A DNA stretch of 64,000 bases from a virus. Each line of letters starts with the position of its first letter. Position 1 is the first letter of the stretch. The translations under genes and the position numbers were made by a program. The notes beneath the pieces are model-generated. The model was not told the DNA's origin and ran no database searches. It was given only the letters and a program-made list of their open reading frames with translations. This document shows, in pieces, positions 55,048-64,000 of this stretch. The stretch lies in the IMG/VR virus record IMGVR_UViG_3300035698_009139. One strand, written 5' to 3'.

Positions 55048-55819
55048 TGAGATTCATATCAACCCCACACCGGGGCTAAAACACTATACTGTGTTCATTG
55101 GGTATGACCCAGAAGAAGATGCTCTAGCTAAGATGTGCGCGAACTCTATCCGCCAACATACATCTGACGATGTTAAAATTGTTCCATTGATTCGAGACCA
55201 TCTGCGGGCATATGGGCACATCGATAGAAAGATTGATCGCAAGGCCACCACACAATTCTCGTTGACACGTTTTGCTGTTCCCTGGCTGATGGGGTTTCGA
55301 GGCCTCGCAATTTTCTTGGATTGTGATATGCTGATCACACGTGACATCAAAGAGATGTTTGCGTTTGCAGAAAGAGACCCATCAAAGGCTGTGCACGTAG
55401 TTAAGCACAACTACAAGCCAAGCACCAGCAATAAGATGGGTGGTAAGAAGCAAACCACATATCCTCGAAAGAATTGGTCGTCTGCAATGGTATTCAACTG
55501 TGAGCATACCAGTTGTCAGATTCTTACAACCAAGTTGGTTAACACAGCCGATCCATCGTATCTACATCAGTTCGCTTGGTGTATAGGTGCGGATGACATC
55601 GGGACGATGCCCGCTGAGTTCAATTGGTTGGTCGGTGAGTATCAAGATCATCTTGGCCATATGTACCCCAACGAGCTCCCGTTCAACATCCACCACACAT
55701 TAGGTGCTCCAATATTCAAAGATCACCAAGATGCAGACTTTGCAGACTATTGGCGGACACAGTTCCTGTTGACGTTCGGCCGAGGTATTCTGTCATATGA
55801 TATGTTGGACGTGAGATGA
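55031..55819 (+). CDS. Glycosyltransferase, GT-A (family 8-like)
   Basis: FIGYDP.E, TQFSLTRF, DCD, YPRKNWSS, HHTLGAP. Confidence 0.8.
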   Translation: MRPLFDEIHINPTPGLKHYTVFIGYDPEEDALAKMCANSIRQHTSDDVKIVPLIRDHLRAYGHIDRKIDRKATTQFSLTRFAVPWLMGFRGLAIFLDCDMLITRDIKEMFAFAERDPSKAVHVVKHNYKPSTSNKMGGKKQTTYPRKNWSSAMVFNCEHTSCQILTTKLVNTADPSYLHQFAWCIGADDIGTMPAEFNWLVGEYQDHLGHMYPNELPFNIHHTLGAPIFKDHQDADFADYWRTQFLLTFGRGILSYDMLDVR

Positions 55820-56106
55820 CTTCGTATGAAATTTTGCTGTTCGTAGTATGCTTCGTTGGCTTTTTGTTGATGCATCGAAGTGCATATGCTACTGGATATA
55901 GAACCGGCCGGGACGAACAATTTGCATCTGATCAAGCATTCATGTCAGCATACATCGTCACATATTCAGAAGAAGTATACAGCAAGGCATCTGACATAGT
56001 CGCAGTCAGGTTGCTAAATAAACTGGAGACAGATGGGTTCATCAAACTGACAAGACTAGCCAATGGTGAGCCGAACGAAATCAAAAAAATAACTGAGGAC
56101 GACTGA
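55816..56106 (+). CDS. Hypothetical membrane protein
   Basis: N-terminal TM helix. Confidence 0.5.
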   Translation: MTSYEILLFVVCFVGFLLMHRSAYATGYRTGRDEQFASDQAFMSAYIVTYSEEVYSKASDIVAVRLLNKLETDGFIKLTRLANGEPNEIKKITEDD

Positions 56107-56351
56107 TGCCCATTTACGTATTTTGTAAGAAAGATAAGCCCGAAGAGACTTGGGAAGAAATGATGATGATTGCTGAGATGGAGCAGTATCTGAAAGACAA
56201 CCCCGACACACGACAAGAGCTGCAGGTGATCGGTACGGTTGCTGACAGCTTCTATGTTGGCCAGGGCCCTAAAGTAGATCGCGCGTTTAAGGATCGACTG
56301 CTTGAAATCAAATCCAAGCACCGTGGTGCAAAGATGAACATACCAAGTTGA
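56106..56351 (+). CDS. FmdB-like small protein
   Basis: MPIY.F, E.YLKDNP, F.D.L..IK..H. Confidence 0.55.
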   Translation: MPIYVFCKKDKPEETWEEMMMIAEMEQYLKDNPDTRQELQVIGTVADSFYVGQGPKVDRAFKDRLLEIKSKHRGAKMNIPS

Positions 56352-57010
56352 AGGTATTCAAGCATAACCCCCCTGACCTCGTCGATCTGTCAACAATCGA
56401 TGTAGACGGTAAGAGGCATTACACGACGCCCGATGGCAACGTATACCCATCGATCACCACAGTGCTTCATAAGTTTCCTGCTCCACAGCTAGTTGCGTGG
56501 AAGGAGCGTGTAGGCGAAAAAGAAGCTGCCAACATAGCTCGTAGAGCAGCCAACCGCGGTTCAGGTCTTCATGCAATGTGTGAGGATCTTTTATACAATC
56601 GCCCGATTATTAAACCACTCAATCCATTATCGCTCATGCTGTTCAATAGCATCAAGCCAATACTAACAGATCACGTCGATAAGATTTATGGTCTGGAGTT
56701 GGCCCTATACAGCGACCGGCTGGAAATAGCTGGGCGGGCAGATCTGATAGCACATTGGGACGGCCAACCAGCATTGATTGATTTCAAATCTGCTAAGAAG
56801 GTCCGCGAGAAAGCTTCATATGAACATTACTTCATGCAAGCTGCCGCATACTCATATATGTTCTTCGAGCGCACTGGAATCATGGTGCTGTACCTGATAC
56901 TCGTATTCGCACAGGAATATGGGAAACCAATCGTTTATTACGAAAAAGCCGCACCCCACCTCGAGAAATTTAAATCACTATTAAATGAATATAAAGTGTT
57001 GACTGACTAA
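56348..57010 (+). CDS. PD-(D/E)XK exonuclease (Cas4-like)
   Basis: YPSITTVL, RG..LH, AGRAD, IDFKS, Q..AY. Confidence 0.85.
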   Translation: MKVFKHNPPDLVDLSTIDVDGKRHYTTPDGNVYPSITTVLHKFPAPQLVAWKERVGEKEAANIARRAANRGSGLHAMCEDLLYNRPIIKPLNPLSLMLFNSIKPILTDHVDKIYGLELALYSDRLEIAGRADLIAHWDGQPALIDFKSAKKVREKASYEHYFMQAAAYSYMFFERTGIMVLYLILVFAQEYGKPIVYYEKAAPHLEKFKSLLNEYKVLTD

Positions 57011-57074
57011 GCTGACTGTGGTATGATAGTACCAGTGGACAGTACCACAGAGTTTAACACAACGGGAGTTTATT

Positions 57075-57458
57075 ATGGGCGACAAAGTAGAGAGCAAGAT
57101 GGACGTCGCACGACGTCTTTATATGAAGAACGCTGAAGGCCTGCAGTCCGGCGACATCAAGCCGTTCACCGTTATCATCGAAATCGAAACCGATCTCGAC
57201 AGCTCACGCGCGATGGCGTCGACGTATTACTACAAAGCGAAAAAAGAAGCCGATGCCGGCGCCGAAGCCGCAGCGAAAGAAGCCGCTAACGAAAAACGTC
57301 GCGAACAGCGCGCCGCAAAGAAGGCCGCCAAGGAACCTGCCTCAATTGCCGCCCAGGTCGATGAATCCGGATCGGATGGTGAAGTGACCATGATGGAAGA
57401 AGACGGCGCTGTGATCGCAGCAGTTGTCGAAGGCGCTGCGGAGCTTGCCGACGCGTAA
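57075..57458 (+). CDS. Hypothetical protein
   Basis: Promoter TTGACT-17-TATGAT and GGAG RBS; ASTYYYKAK. Confidence 0.65.
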   Translation: MGDKVESKMDVARRLYMKNAEGLQSGDIKPFTVIIEIETDLDSSRAMASTYYYKAKKEADAGAEAAAKEAANEKRREQRAAKKAAKEPASIAAQVDESGSDGEVTMMEEDGAVIAAVVEGAAELADA

Positions 57459-57716
57459 TAGGTCAACAAAATGACCGACCATTGGAAGTGCGCCAGTTGC
57501 CATCACGAATATGATGGACCTCGGCGCACTTCCTGTGACTGGTGCAACACCCACAGAGCACCCACCCTACTCCCGGAACCAGAAGAACACGTAATCGAGG
57601 TGACCACTATATACGATACGTTCAGAAAGTTTCGGAAATATTAAATTAACTGTTGTCTCGAAATGATTTCCGATGTATAATGAATTGTAAGATTAATTGT
57701 AACACAGGAGACAGAG

Positions 57717-58658
57717 ATGTCACATGAAGTAGAAACAATGGCATATGCAGGGCAGCTTCCTTGGCATGGCCTCGGCAAAAAGGTCCGCGCAGACCTGACC
57801 CCGGCCCAAATGCTGACAGAAGCTCAACTGGATTGGGAAGTCGGAAAGATCCCGTTGACGTATATGCACAACGGCGACCAGCATAAGTCCGGCAAGCAGG
57901 CGCTCGTCCGCATGACGGATGGCCATCAACTGGATGTCGTCACCGACGACTGGAATCCGCTGCAGAACGCAGACGCTTTCGAATTCTTCCACGACTTCAT
58001 CATGGAAGGCGGGATGGAAATGCATACGGCCGGATCGCTGAAGGGCGGACAGATTGTCTGGGCGCTGGCAAAGGTATCCGAATCATTCGAACTGTTCGGC
58101 GGCGACAAAGTCGACAGCTACCTGCTTTTCAGTAACCCGCACAAGTTCGGTCAAGCGATCGACGTCCGGTTCACCCCGATCCGCGTCGTGTGCAACAACA
58201 CGTTGACGCTGTCGCTGAAAATGAACAGCAATAAGATGATCAAGGTCAGCCATCGCAACGAGTTCGATGCAGACATGGTCAAAGAAGCTCTCGGTGTCGC
58301 TCGGGAAAAGCTCTCGACATATCGCGAGACGGCCGAATTTCTCGGCGGCAAACGGTACACGAAAAAGACCGTTGAGCAATACTTCGACGCAGTGTTCCCT
58401 TCGATGTCGTACAACAACGACGAGGGTACCAAGGTCAGCCGACAAGCTCTGCAAGCCCGACTTGCTCTGATCGAGCAACCCGGCACGCAGTATGCTGAAG
58501 GGTCGTTCTGGCAAGCATTCAATGCAGTCACGTATCTGACCGACCACCACCTCGGCCGCACCGCTGACAATCGGATGCACAGCGCCTGGTTCGGCCCGAA
58601 TCAGAAGAAAAAAGCTGCAGCGCTGCAGAAAGCTGTTGAATTTGCGGAAGCAGCGTAG
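57717..58658 (+). CDS. DUF932 (LGT_TIGR03299) family protein
   Basis: PWHGLG, QN..AF.FF, TAGSL.GG..VW, TPIRVVCNNTL, W.AFNAVT. Confidence 0.88.
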   Translation: MSHEVETMAYAGQLPWHGLGKKVRADLTPAQMLTEAQLDWEVGKIPLTYMHNGDQHKSGKQALVRMTDGHQLDVVTDDWNPLQNADAFEFFHDFIMEGGMEMHTAGSLKGGQIVWALAKVSESFELFGGDKVDSYLLFSNPHKFGQAIDVRFTPIRVVCNNTLTLSLKMNSNKMIKVSHRNEFDADMVKEALGVAREKLSTYRETAEFLGGKRYTKKTVEQYFDAVFPSMSYNNDEGTKVSRQALQARLALIEQPGTQYAEGSFWQAFNAVTYLTDHHLGRTADNRMHSAWFGPNQKKKAAALQKAVEFAEAA

Positions 58659-58663
58659 TACAA

Positions 58664-58692
58664 TAACGGGGCAGTGAAGTGCTGCCCCGTTA
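58664..58692 (+). terminator. Hairpin after the DUF932 gene
   Basis: TAACGGGGCAG/CTGCCCCGTTA. Confidence 0.65.
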
Positions 58693-58723
58693 ACTATATG
58701 CTAACAACAAAGGGAACGATGTT

Positions 58724-59128
58724 ATGAAGATGAGATTAATCGGATGGGGCCTCGTAGGGGTCCTAGCGCTCGGTGCAGGAGCTGTCGTGATCAACGTGGT
58801 CGGAACAGCTGCATCGGTCGCAACGGCACCTGGGCGTGTCATTCAACGAACGATGGATACGGACAACATCATCTCCACATACGAGTGGTATCACGATGCA
58901 TGGGGCTCGTTGCAAGCAAAGACCGGCACGATCAAAGCGCACAAGGACCTGATCGCAACGGAAGACAATAAGCCGGAAGTCCGGCGCCTGCGGGTCGAGC
59001 TGGCCGGCATCCAGATTATCTGCCGCAACCTGGTGCAGGAATACAATGCGAACTCGACGAAGACCAATAAGTCGATCTTCAAGGGAAAAACTGCTCCCGA
59101 ACGGATCGACTCCACCCACTGCGAATGA
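58724..59128 (+). CDS. Membrane-anchored hypothetical protein
   Basis: N-terminal TM; YEWY, EYNA.S.K.N..IF. Confidence 0.65.
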   Translation: MKMRLIGWGLVGVLALGAGAVVINVVGTAASVATAPGRVIQRTMDTDNIISTYEWYHDAWGSLQAKTGTIKAHKDLIATEDNKPEVRRLRVELAGIQIICRNLVQEYNANSTKTNKSIFKGKTAPERIDSTHCE

Positions 59129-59148
59129 TCTAGAAAGGATCTTACATT

Positions 59149-59664
59149 ATGAAACGCTTCAATATCGGAATCGCTATCGTCGCCATCGGCTTGCTCGCTG
59201 CAGCCTGTGTACCTGACCCGCCGAAGGAATCGAAGAAGAACGCACAGGCTAAAAACGCCCGCGCAGCGGCACAGGCTCTGAACATTACGCACAATTACGA
59301 AATCAAGAACATCCAGCGGCGTGTCGCCGAGCTGAATAAACCCGGCCTCGTCGGCTATGTTGTTCTGCTCAACGAAGCCGGCCAGCCGATCTGGTACGGT
59401 GCATCCGATGGCAAGCCGACCTCCGGCAGCAAACGCCTGACGCGCAAATGGAAGGCCGTCCGAATGGATTGCGGCACCAGCACATGCCAACGCGTTGTCG
59501 ATGCGTCCGGTGAAGATGGAACGCACGGCAGCTCCAACCCGTACGTATACTTCTGGACCGCCGGAGGTCAGTACATGCAGTGGTCGGGCAAATATCTTTA
59601 CAGCACCCAGCCACTCCGTCTGACCATCGAGCCTCTGGTCGTCGACATGGCCGGCCGCAAATAA
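59149..59664 (+). CDS. Putative lipoprotein
   Basis: Signal peptide with LAAAC lipobox; EDGT.GSS..Y.YF.T. Confidence 0.7.
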   Translation: MKRFNIGIAIVAIGLLAAACVPDPPKESKKNAQAKNARAAAQALNITHNYEIKNIQRRVAELNKPGLVGYVVLLNEAGQPIWYGASDGKPTSGSKRLTRKWKAVRMDCGTSTCQRVVDASGEDGTHGSSNPYVYFWTAGGQYMQWSGKYLYSTQPLRLTIEPLVVDMAGRK

Positions 59665-59682
59665 CCTTTCAGGCCGACGAAG

Positions 59683-59709
59683 AAGGGGCGCCTTGTGCGC
59701 CCCTTTTTT
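59683..59709 (+). terminator. Intrinsic terminator
   Basis: AAGGGGCGC-CTTGT-GCGCCCCTT followed by a T run. Confidence 0.85.
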
Positions 59710-59727
59710 GCGTTCTGATATAAATAC

Positions 59728-60138
59728 ATGATGAGCACTACAAGCCAACATACTACGAGACTTATTGCACAGTTGCAGAATAACAGATGTTTTATATGTC
59801 ACGAACGACTAGATTTCAAGACGAAGGACCTCAAGCAGCGACCGAACGTGGACCACTACGTACCGACGTCCTTAGGTGGTGATAACGTCGGATGGAACAA
59901 GGTAATCGTTCACACAAAATGTAACACACTCAAAGATAATAAACTTCCAACGCTTTGGCCATATAGATGGCTAATTTTGTTGTGGATCCATTACAGCAGA
60001 TCATTGTATGATCCATCATCATACGGATGGACAACGAAGCAGATGCAGCGAGGAGATGGGTACAAGTTCCTGTTTGTGTCGTTGCTAATAGCTCAGTTAT
60101 ACATATCGTGTTGGATCAGTTATATAAGAGGTCGATGA
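59728..60138 (+). CDS. HNH endonuclease-like protein
   Basis: CFIC, DHYVP.S.GG, N....H..CN..K; TATAAATA at 59719-59726. Confidence 0.7.
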   Translation: MMSTTSQHTTRLIAQLQNNRCFICHERLDFKTKDLKQRPNVDHYVPTSLGGDNVGWNKVIVHTKCNTLKDNKLPTLWPYRWLILLWIHYSRSLYDPSSYGWTTKQMQRGDGYKFLFVSLLIAQLYISCWISYIRGR

Positions 60139-60551
60139 TGACAATTGCAGATGAACTCCGGAAAACAACAGACGCCAAGAAGGATGCCGACCTGAAGATC
60201 GTACGTGAAAAGAGATCTGCCAGGCTAAAGCAAGCAAAAGCGGATGCGGTTAAGGCGATGAACCGCATCCGCCGCATGGCTCCGAAGTTGATGGAAGAGG
60301 CCGCAGCCGCTGGTAAGACCGAGGTTGTTGTTTTCAGCAGTTATAAACAGCCCAGTGGTGCGTACCTAGACCCAGGTAACCAACTGAATTATCCGCTGGA
60401 ACAGTTCGCTAAAAAGCGGGGGTTAAATGTCCGCGTCCGATCAACTGAGGCCTGTGAAATGGGCCCTGAGAGTTATTCATACTCACTGTCCTGGGACGCC
60501 CCTCGACGAGAAGACCCAAGATCATATGAGAATTATGTTGTCCGCGGATGA
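60135..60551 (+). CDS. Hypothetical protein
   Basis: GAGG RBS. Confidence 0.55.
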   Translation: MMTIADELRKTTDAKKDADLKIVREKRSARLKQAKADAVKAMNRIRRMAPKLMEEAAAAGKTEVVVFSSYKQPSGAYLDPGNQLNYPLEQFAKKRGLNVRVRSTEACEMGPESYSYSLSWDAPRREDPRSYENYVVRG

Positions 60552-60572
60552 ATAATGGTGTATTATAAGTAT

Positions 60573-61013
60573 ACTTACGATGTTGATGTGAAACTCAACG
60601 CTAGACAGGACCTGGGGGCAGTACCCAGCGCCTCCACCATAAGCAACTGTGGTTCGTTGATCCCAGCCAAATGGGATGAAACCATAGAGAGATAAGATAC
60701 CCTGAAGCGGGGCAGGAGAGCATGATGAAGCTTTCGAGGGCCGTGGATTCGAGAAAGGTTCCTAGCGGAATCCAGTAACGTATCGAGAGTATCGAATTCC
60801 TGGAAAGGGGTATTCGCCTGGAACAGGATGCCGCAGTTGTTTATGATGGGGGCGAAATAGGATCGACTGTTAGCTAATAGGTAAACGGAGTCGTCCGGCG
60901 CAAGCTCGGTTAACGCAAGACAGAACTAAACGCAAACGATAATGCGGTACTTGCCATTGCAGCGTAAGCTGTAGTGCGGGGCTTGGGGAGCGCCTGGCAA
61001 CAGAAGCTCCCTA
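60573..61013 (+). ncRNA. ssrA: Two-piece (permuted) tmRNA, tag ANDNAVLAIAA
   Basis: Acceptor piece ends GGCAGTAC-loop..CGCCTCC-ACCA (60639); coding piece starts GGGGGCG (60848) giving G3:U70; tag frame 60932-60967. Confidence 0.92.
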
Positions 61014-61213
61014 CTTTCATTATGAGGTCAAATGTCAAACCCAAAATATTACAGCATGTCTAATGGCGTTAACAAACCGCTAGTAGATTTTACGGCACCC
61101 AGTGACGCCGTTGCTTTTGGTCGGGCAGTTGGTGTAGGTGCTGAGTACTGTGTCCGCCTTGATGCCAAACAATGTATGATGTACACAGTTTTAGAATATG
61201 GATGGCAAACAAA

Positions 61214-61741
61214 ATGAATTACCAACAAATCCTTCGACTGGGCGTATGTGTTCTAGCTGCAGTAGCTGCACTGACGATGTTCTCAGGCCAAGCCAAATCG
61301 GATACAAAAAGAATCAACCGCAGCGAATTTTGTATGGCCAAGAACCTGTACTTCGAAGCACGCAATCAACCAATCGCCGGCCAGATAGCAGTTGCTCATG
61401 TTGTATTGAACCGAGTTGCTGATGAGCGCTTCCCCAATAACATATGCGATGTGGTACACGAAGCCGTCCGCAACAAACAGACCAAGATGCCAATCAAACA
61501 CAAGTGCCAGTTCTCTTGGTTTTGTGACGGCCGCGCGGATGACATCAATGACTTGAAAGCTTTTCGACACGCACACAATGTAGCAACTATAGTGATGAAC
61601 AGGTCATTCGATATTACAGATGGTGCGCTATGGTACCACACTAATGGTGTTTCACCCAAATGGAAGGCCAAATTTAAGCGTACCGTTATCATCAATGATC
61701 ATGTATTCTATAGAAATCATACAAAGGTAGCTCACAGATGA
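61214..61741 (+). CDS. Cell wall hydrolase (SleB/Hydrolase_2)
   Basis: NLYFEARNQ, VLNRV...FPN.IC.VV, CQFSW, GALWYH, HVFY. Confidence 0.9.
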   Translation: MNYQQILRLGVCVLAAVAALTMFSGQAKSDTKRINRSEFCMAKNLYFEARNQPIAGQIAVAHVVLNRVADERFPNNICDVVHEAVRNKQTKMPIKHKCQFSWFCDGRADDINDLKAFRHAHNVATIVMNRSFDITDGALWYHTNGVSPKWKAKFKRTVIINDHVFYRNHTKVAHR

Positions 61742-62091
61742 AATCAGGTAAAGTATGGGGTGAGACGTTCGAACTATTGAACAACCCAGTAGTGGAATTC
61801 CACCACATTAACGTAGAGCCAAACACATATTGCTCCAAGCACAAGCATGAACACAAGTTTAATGGGTTCTTTGTCTTTGAAGGTCTATTGATCATTGAAG
61901 TGTGGAAGAACGATTATGATTTGGTAGATGAGACCTGGTTACGACCAGGCGACTTCATGGCAGTCAAGCCAGGCGAGTATCATAGATTCAAATCGGCGGC
62001 AGCCGGTGCACAGGCAGTTGAATTGTACTGGCCTGAGCTACTGTCCAGCGACATTGTCAGAGAATCAGTCGGGGGTGATTATGGAGTTTAG
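61738..62091 (+). CDS. Cupin-domain protein
   Basis: GKVWG, CSKHKH..K.NGF, V.PGEYHRF, ELYW. Confidence 0.75.
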   Translation: MKSGKVWGETFELLNNPVVEFHHINVEPNTYCSKHKHEHKFNGFFVFEGLLIIEVWKNDYDLVDETWLRPGDFMAVKPGEYHRFKSAAAGAQAVELYWPELLSSDIVRESVGGDYGV

Positions 62092-62313
62092 CCCCACAGA
62101 TTTTTTTGGTAATGTAATCCACGTTGATCAGCGAGTTGCTCATATTAGGCGTGTTGGCAATAGCACTGGATGTGATATGAAATTGGTGACTGAGATTATT
62201 AGATCAGATAACACCGTTATGATTTGTCGAGTTGACGACATAGGCGACCCGGTGGGCAGATCCTACCCAACCACGCACTCCGAGCGCCTGGTGATACACC
62301 CGGAGGATATACT

Positions 62314-62538
62314 ATGATAAATGTAATGACACCCTCTAAGTTCAGTAAGATGATTGAGGCCGACGTTAGAGAAAAACGCTGTTCCCATATGGATGCCATC
62401 GTCGATCATTGCGTCAAGAACGATATCGAAGTAGAGCACGCCGCCAAGCTGCTAACGAAGAGTATTAAGCTCAAATTGGCGGAAGATGCCGCTAAATTAA
62501 ATATGTTGAAAAAAGAAGTGGAAGAAGAAGATGCCTAA
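62314..62538 (+). CDS. 33: Late transcription coactivator (T4 gp33-like)
   Basis: FS..IE..V, DAIV.HC..N.IE.E...KL....K.KL..DA..LN; next to gp59. Confidence 0.85.
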   Translation: MINVMTPSKFSKMIEADVREKRCSHMDAIVDHCVKNDIEVEHAAKLLTKSIKLKLAEDAAKLNMLKKEVEEEDA

Positions 62539-62791
62539 GTTTGTCAAGAAGCCAGTCGTTATCGAAGCCGAGCAGTTCACAGTTGAGAGCAAAGATCGCG
62601 TATTTAATTTCGTTACATGCAGCAAGTATGCATCACACAGTCGAGACGGCGCCCCAGAAATCGTGATCGACACCTTAGAAGGCGACATGATAACGTCGAT
62701 AGGCGACTGGGTCATCAAAGGCATCAAAGGCGAATTCTACCCATGCAAGCCAGATGTGTTTGAGGCGACGTACAGTCCTGTAAGTGAGTAA
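62531..62791 (+). CDS. Conserved phage hypothetical protein
   Basis: KKPVVIEA.QF, TLEG.M....GDWVIKG..GEFYPCKPD.F..TY. Confidence 0.8.
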   Translation: MPKFVKKPVVIEAEQFTVESKDRVFNFVTCSKYASHSRDGAPEIVIDTLEGDMITSIGDWVIKGIKGEFYPCKPDVFEATYSPVSE

Positions 62792-63431
62792 TAACGGCCT
62801 TGAAGCATATATGGCGTATAACGCAGCCAGATTGCATTTTACATCGCCATCCTACGATTGCTTCAAGTATCACTTCAAAAGCCGCGCCACGAGTGCATCT
62901 AAGCCATACATAACCAACAAGTTTCTATTCATCAAACTGCAGAAGAACTATAGTGCAAGAGATGTTGGGAACATTGTGGCAGCCAACGCAGCAGCTGATC
63001 TTGGCTCCGTGCCGTGGATCAACAGCTGCTTCAATGGTGATGGAATGGATGCCTATCAAGAGTGGACTGGCCGCCAAGAATCATCATCATATATGTTCGC
63101 CAAGGATCTAGGCATCCTGCGTAACATGATGGAGCAGAAGGGTTGGACAATTCATAACTTGATTGATGCGCCTGATCCAGGTATACTGTTCTTGGTGTAT
63201 TCGAAGCAAATACACATCGACACTTTGATAATGCTTAGCCGAGCGCTAGGCTTCTTGAGTAAGTGGCCTGATGATGTGGATGCCTTATGGAGCACTACGT
63301 TCAAGCATTTTGTTTACAAGTACCGGCCGTTTATGACTCAGCTGGCACCAGACAAAATCAAGGATATCGTCAAGCAAGAGCTGATTGATAAATCGATCGA
63401 TAATCTTTTCAAGGAAAAACAACATGCTTAA
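62784..63431 (+). CDS. 59: Helicase loader (T4 gp59-like)
   Basis: Y..Y.A..LHFT..YD.FKY..K, F.KL, KY.PF. Confidence 0.82.
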   Translation: MSNNGLEAYMAYNAARLHFTSPSYDCFKYHFKSRATSASKPYITNKFLFIKLQKNYSARDVGNIVAANAAADLGSVPWINSCFNGDGMDAYQEWTGRQESSSYMFAKDLGILRNMMEQKGWTIHNLIDAPDPGILFLVYSKQIHIDTLIMLSRALGFLSKWPDDVDALWSTTFKHFVYKYRPFMTQLAPDKIKDIVKQELIDKSIDNLFKEKQHA

Positions 63432-63894
63432 CGTGCTAAAATCGTGCAACTTGCTAGACCACACATATGGCCTCATTGCTCATGGATGTAACGCCCAAGG
63501 CGTTATGGGGTCTGGGGTAGCCCAGGCTGTACGAGCAAAGTACCCCAGAGCCTATGATGACTATCACACTGAGTATGTATTGAATGGCCACCAGCTGTAC
63601 ACTGGCACCAACATCTACTCTCAGGTGACCGACGACTTGATTGTTGCCAATTGCATCACTCAGGAATTTTTCGGCCGCGATGAAACAAAACGATATGTTA
63701 GCTACGACGCACTGGATCATTGTATGCAACGGCTGGCCGTGTTTACAGAGGCTAAAGATATTACTAGAGTCGGCATACCCTGCATTGGGGCTGGCCTTGG
63801 CGGAGGTGATTGGGTGATCATTGACAAAATCATTTCGCGAGCATTTGGCACCAGCCGGAAGAACCACATTACTGTGTACGATATAGAAAAGTAG
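63424..63894 (+). CDS. Macrodomain protein (ADP-ribose processing)
   Basis: AHGCNAQGVMGSGVA, TQ, P.IGAGLGGGDW. Confidence 0.88.
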   Translation: MLNVLKSCNLLDHTYGLIAHGCNAQGVMGSGVAQAVRAKYPRAYDDYHTEYVLNGHQLYTGTNIYSQVTDDLIVANCITQEFFGRDETKRYVSYDALDHCMQRLAVFTEAKDITRVGIPCIGAGLGGGDWVIIDKIISRAFGTSRKNHITVYDIEK

Positions 63895-63933
63895 GTGGCG
63901 AATATTATAGTTGGGGTTTTGCGCTAACTATAG

Positions 63934-64000
63934 TATAAATAGACTTGTGGTTATGAGTTACAATGATTAACAAGTTATATTAAACATATTAAACATATTA
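63934..64000 (+). promoter_or_regulatory. Late promoter plus AT-rich repeat leader, probably of the gp32 (ssb) gene
   Basis: TATAAATA at 63934-63941; ATATTAAAC tandem repeats; T4 gene order 33-59-32. Confidence 0.6.

Noticed and set aside
56348-57010. Cas4-like nuclease as evidence of a CRISPR system
   Set aside because: No repeat-spacer array or other cas genes; this exonuclease is a routine T4-like gene
1-64000. Numerous minus-strand ORFs (e.g. 58891-59802, 47960-48634, 51874-52416)
   Set aside because: They shadow well-supported + strand genes and have no recognisable motifs

Overview
A 64-kb segment of a large T4-like (Tevenvirinae/phiM12-type) myophage. All credible genes are on the + strand and use the standard genetic code. 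An alphaproteobacterial host is inferred from the two-piece permuted tmRNA and an A73 tRNA-His. Order: His/Lys-rich putative internal head proteins and structural genes; a GH108 endolysin-holin cassette; gp61 primase, thyX and nrdA/nrdB, interrupted by two miniature paralogues of the gp23 major capsid protein, one being essentially the Gol-peptide segment; a GDP-colitose-type sugar cluster (gmd, colD, colC, several glycosyltransferases); DNA ligase; a ~16-kb tRNA/ncRNA island (about 32 tRNAs for all 20 amino acids, many aberrant or circularly permuted tRNA-like RNAs, a ~1-kb GOLLD-like RNA); NAD salvage (nadM-Nudix, nadV), NADAR and macrodomain genes; rnh, exonuclease, tmRNA, gp33, gp59 and the probable gp32 leader. 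The most striking unexplained structure heads the tRNA island: a promoter, a 31-codon leader peptide using 18 amino acids and 25 different codons, and mutually exclusive antiterminator/terminator hairpins. It looks like a ribosome-stalling attenuator that would switch on phage tRNAs when host translation fails. All calls come from reading motifs and base-pairing by eye; no searches were run.
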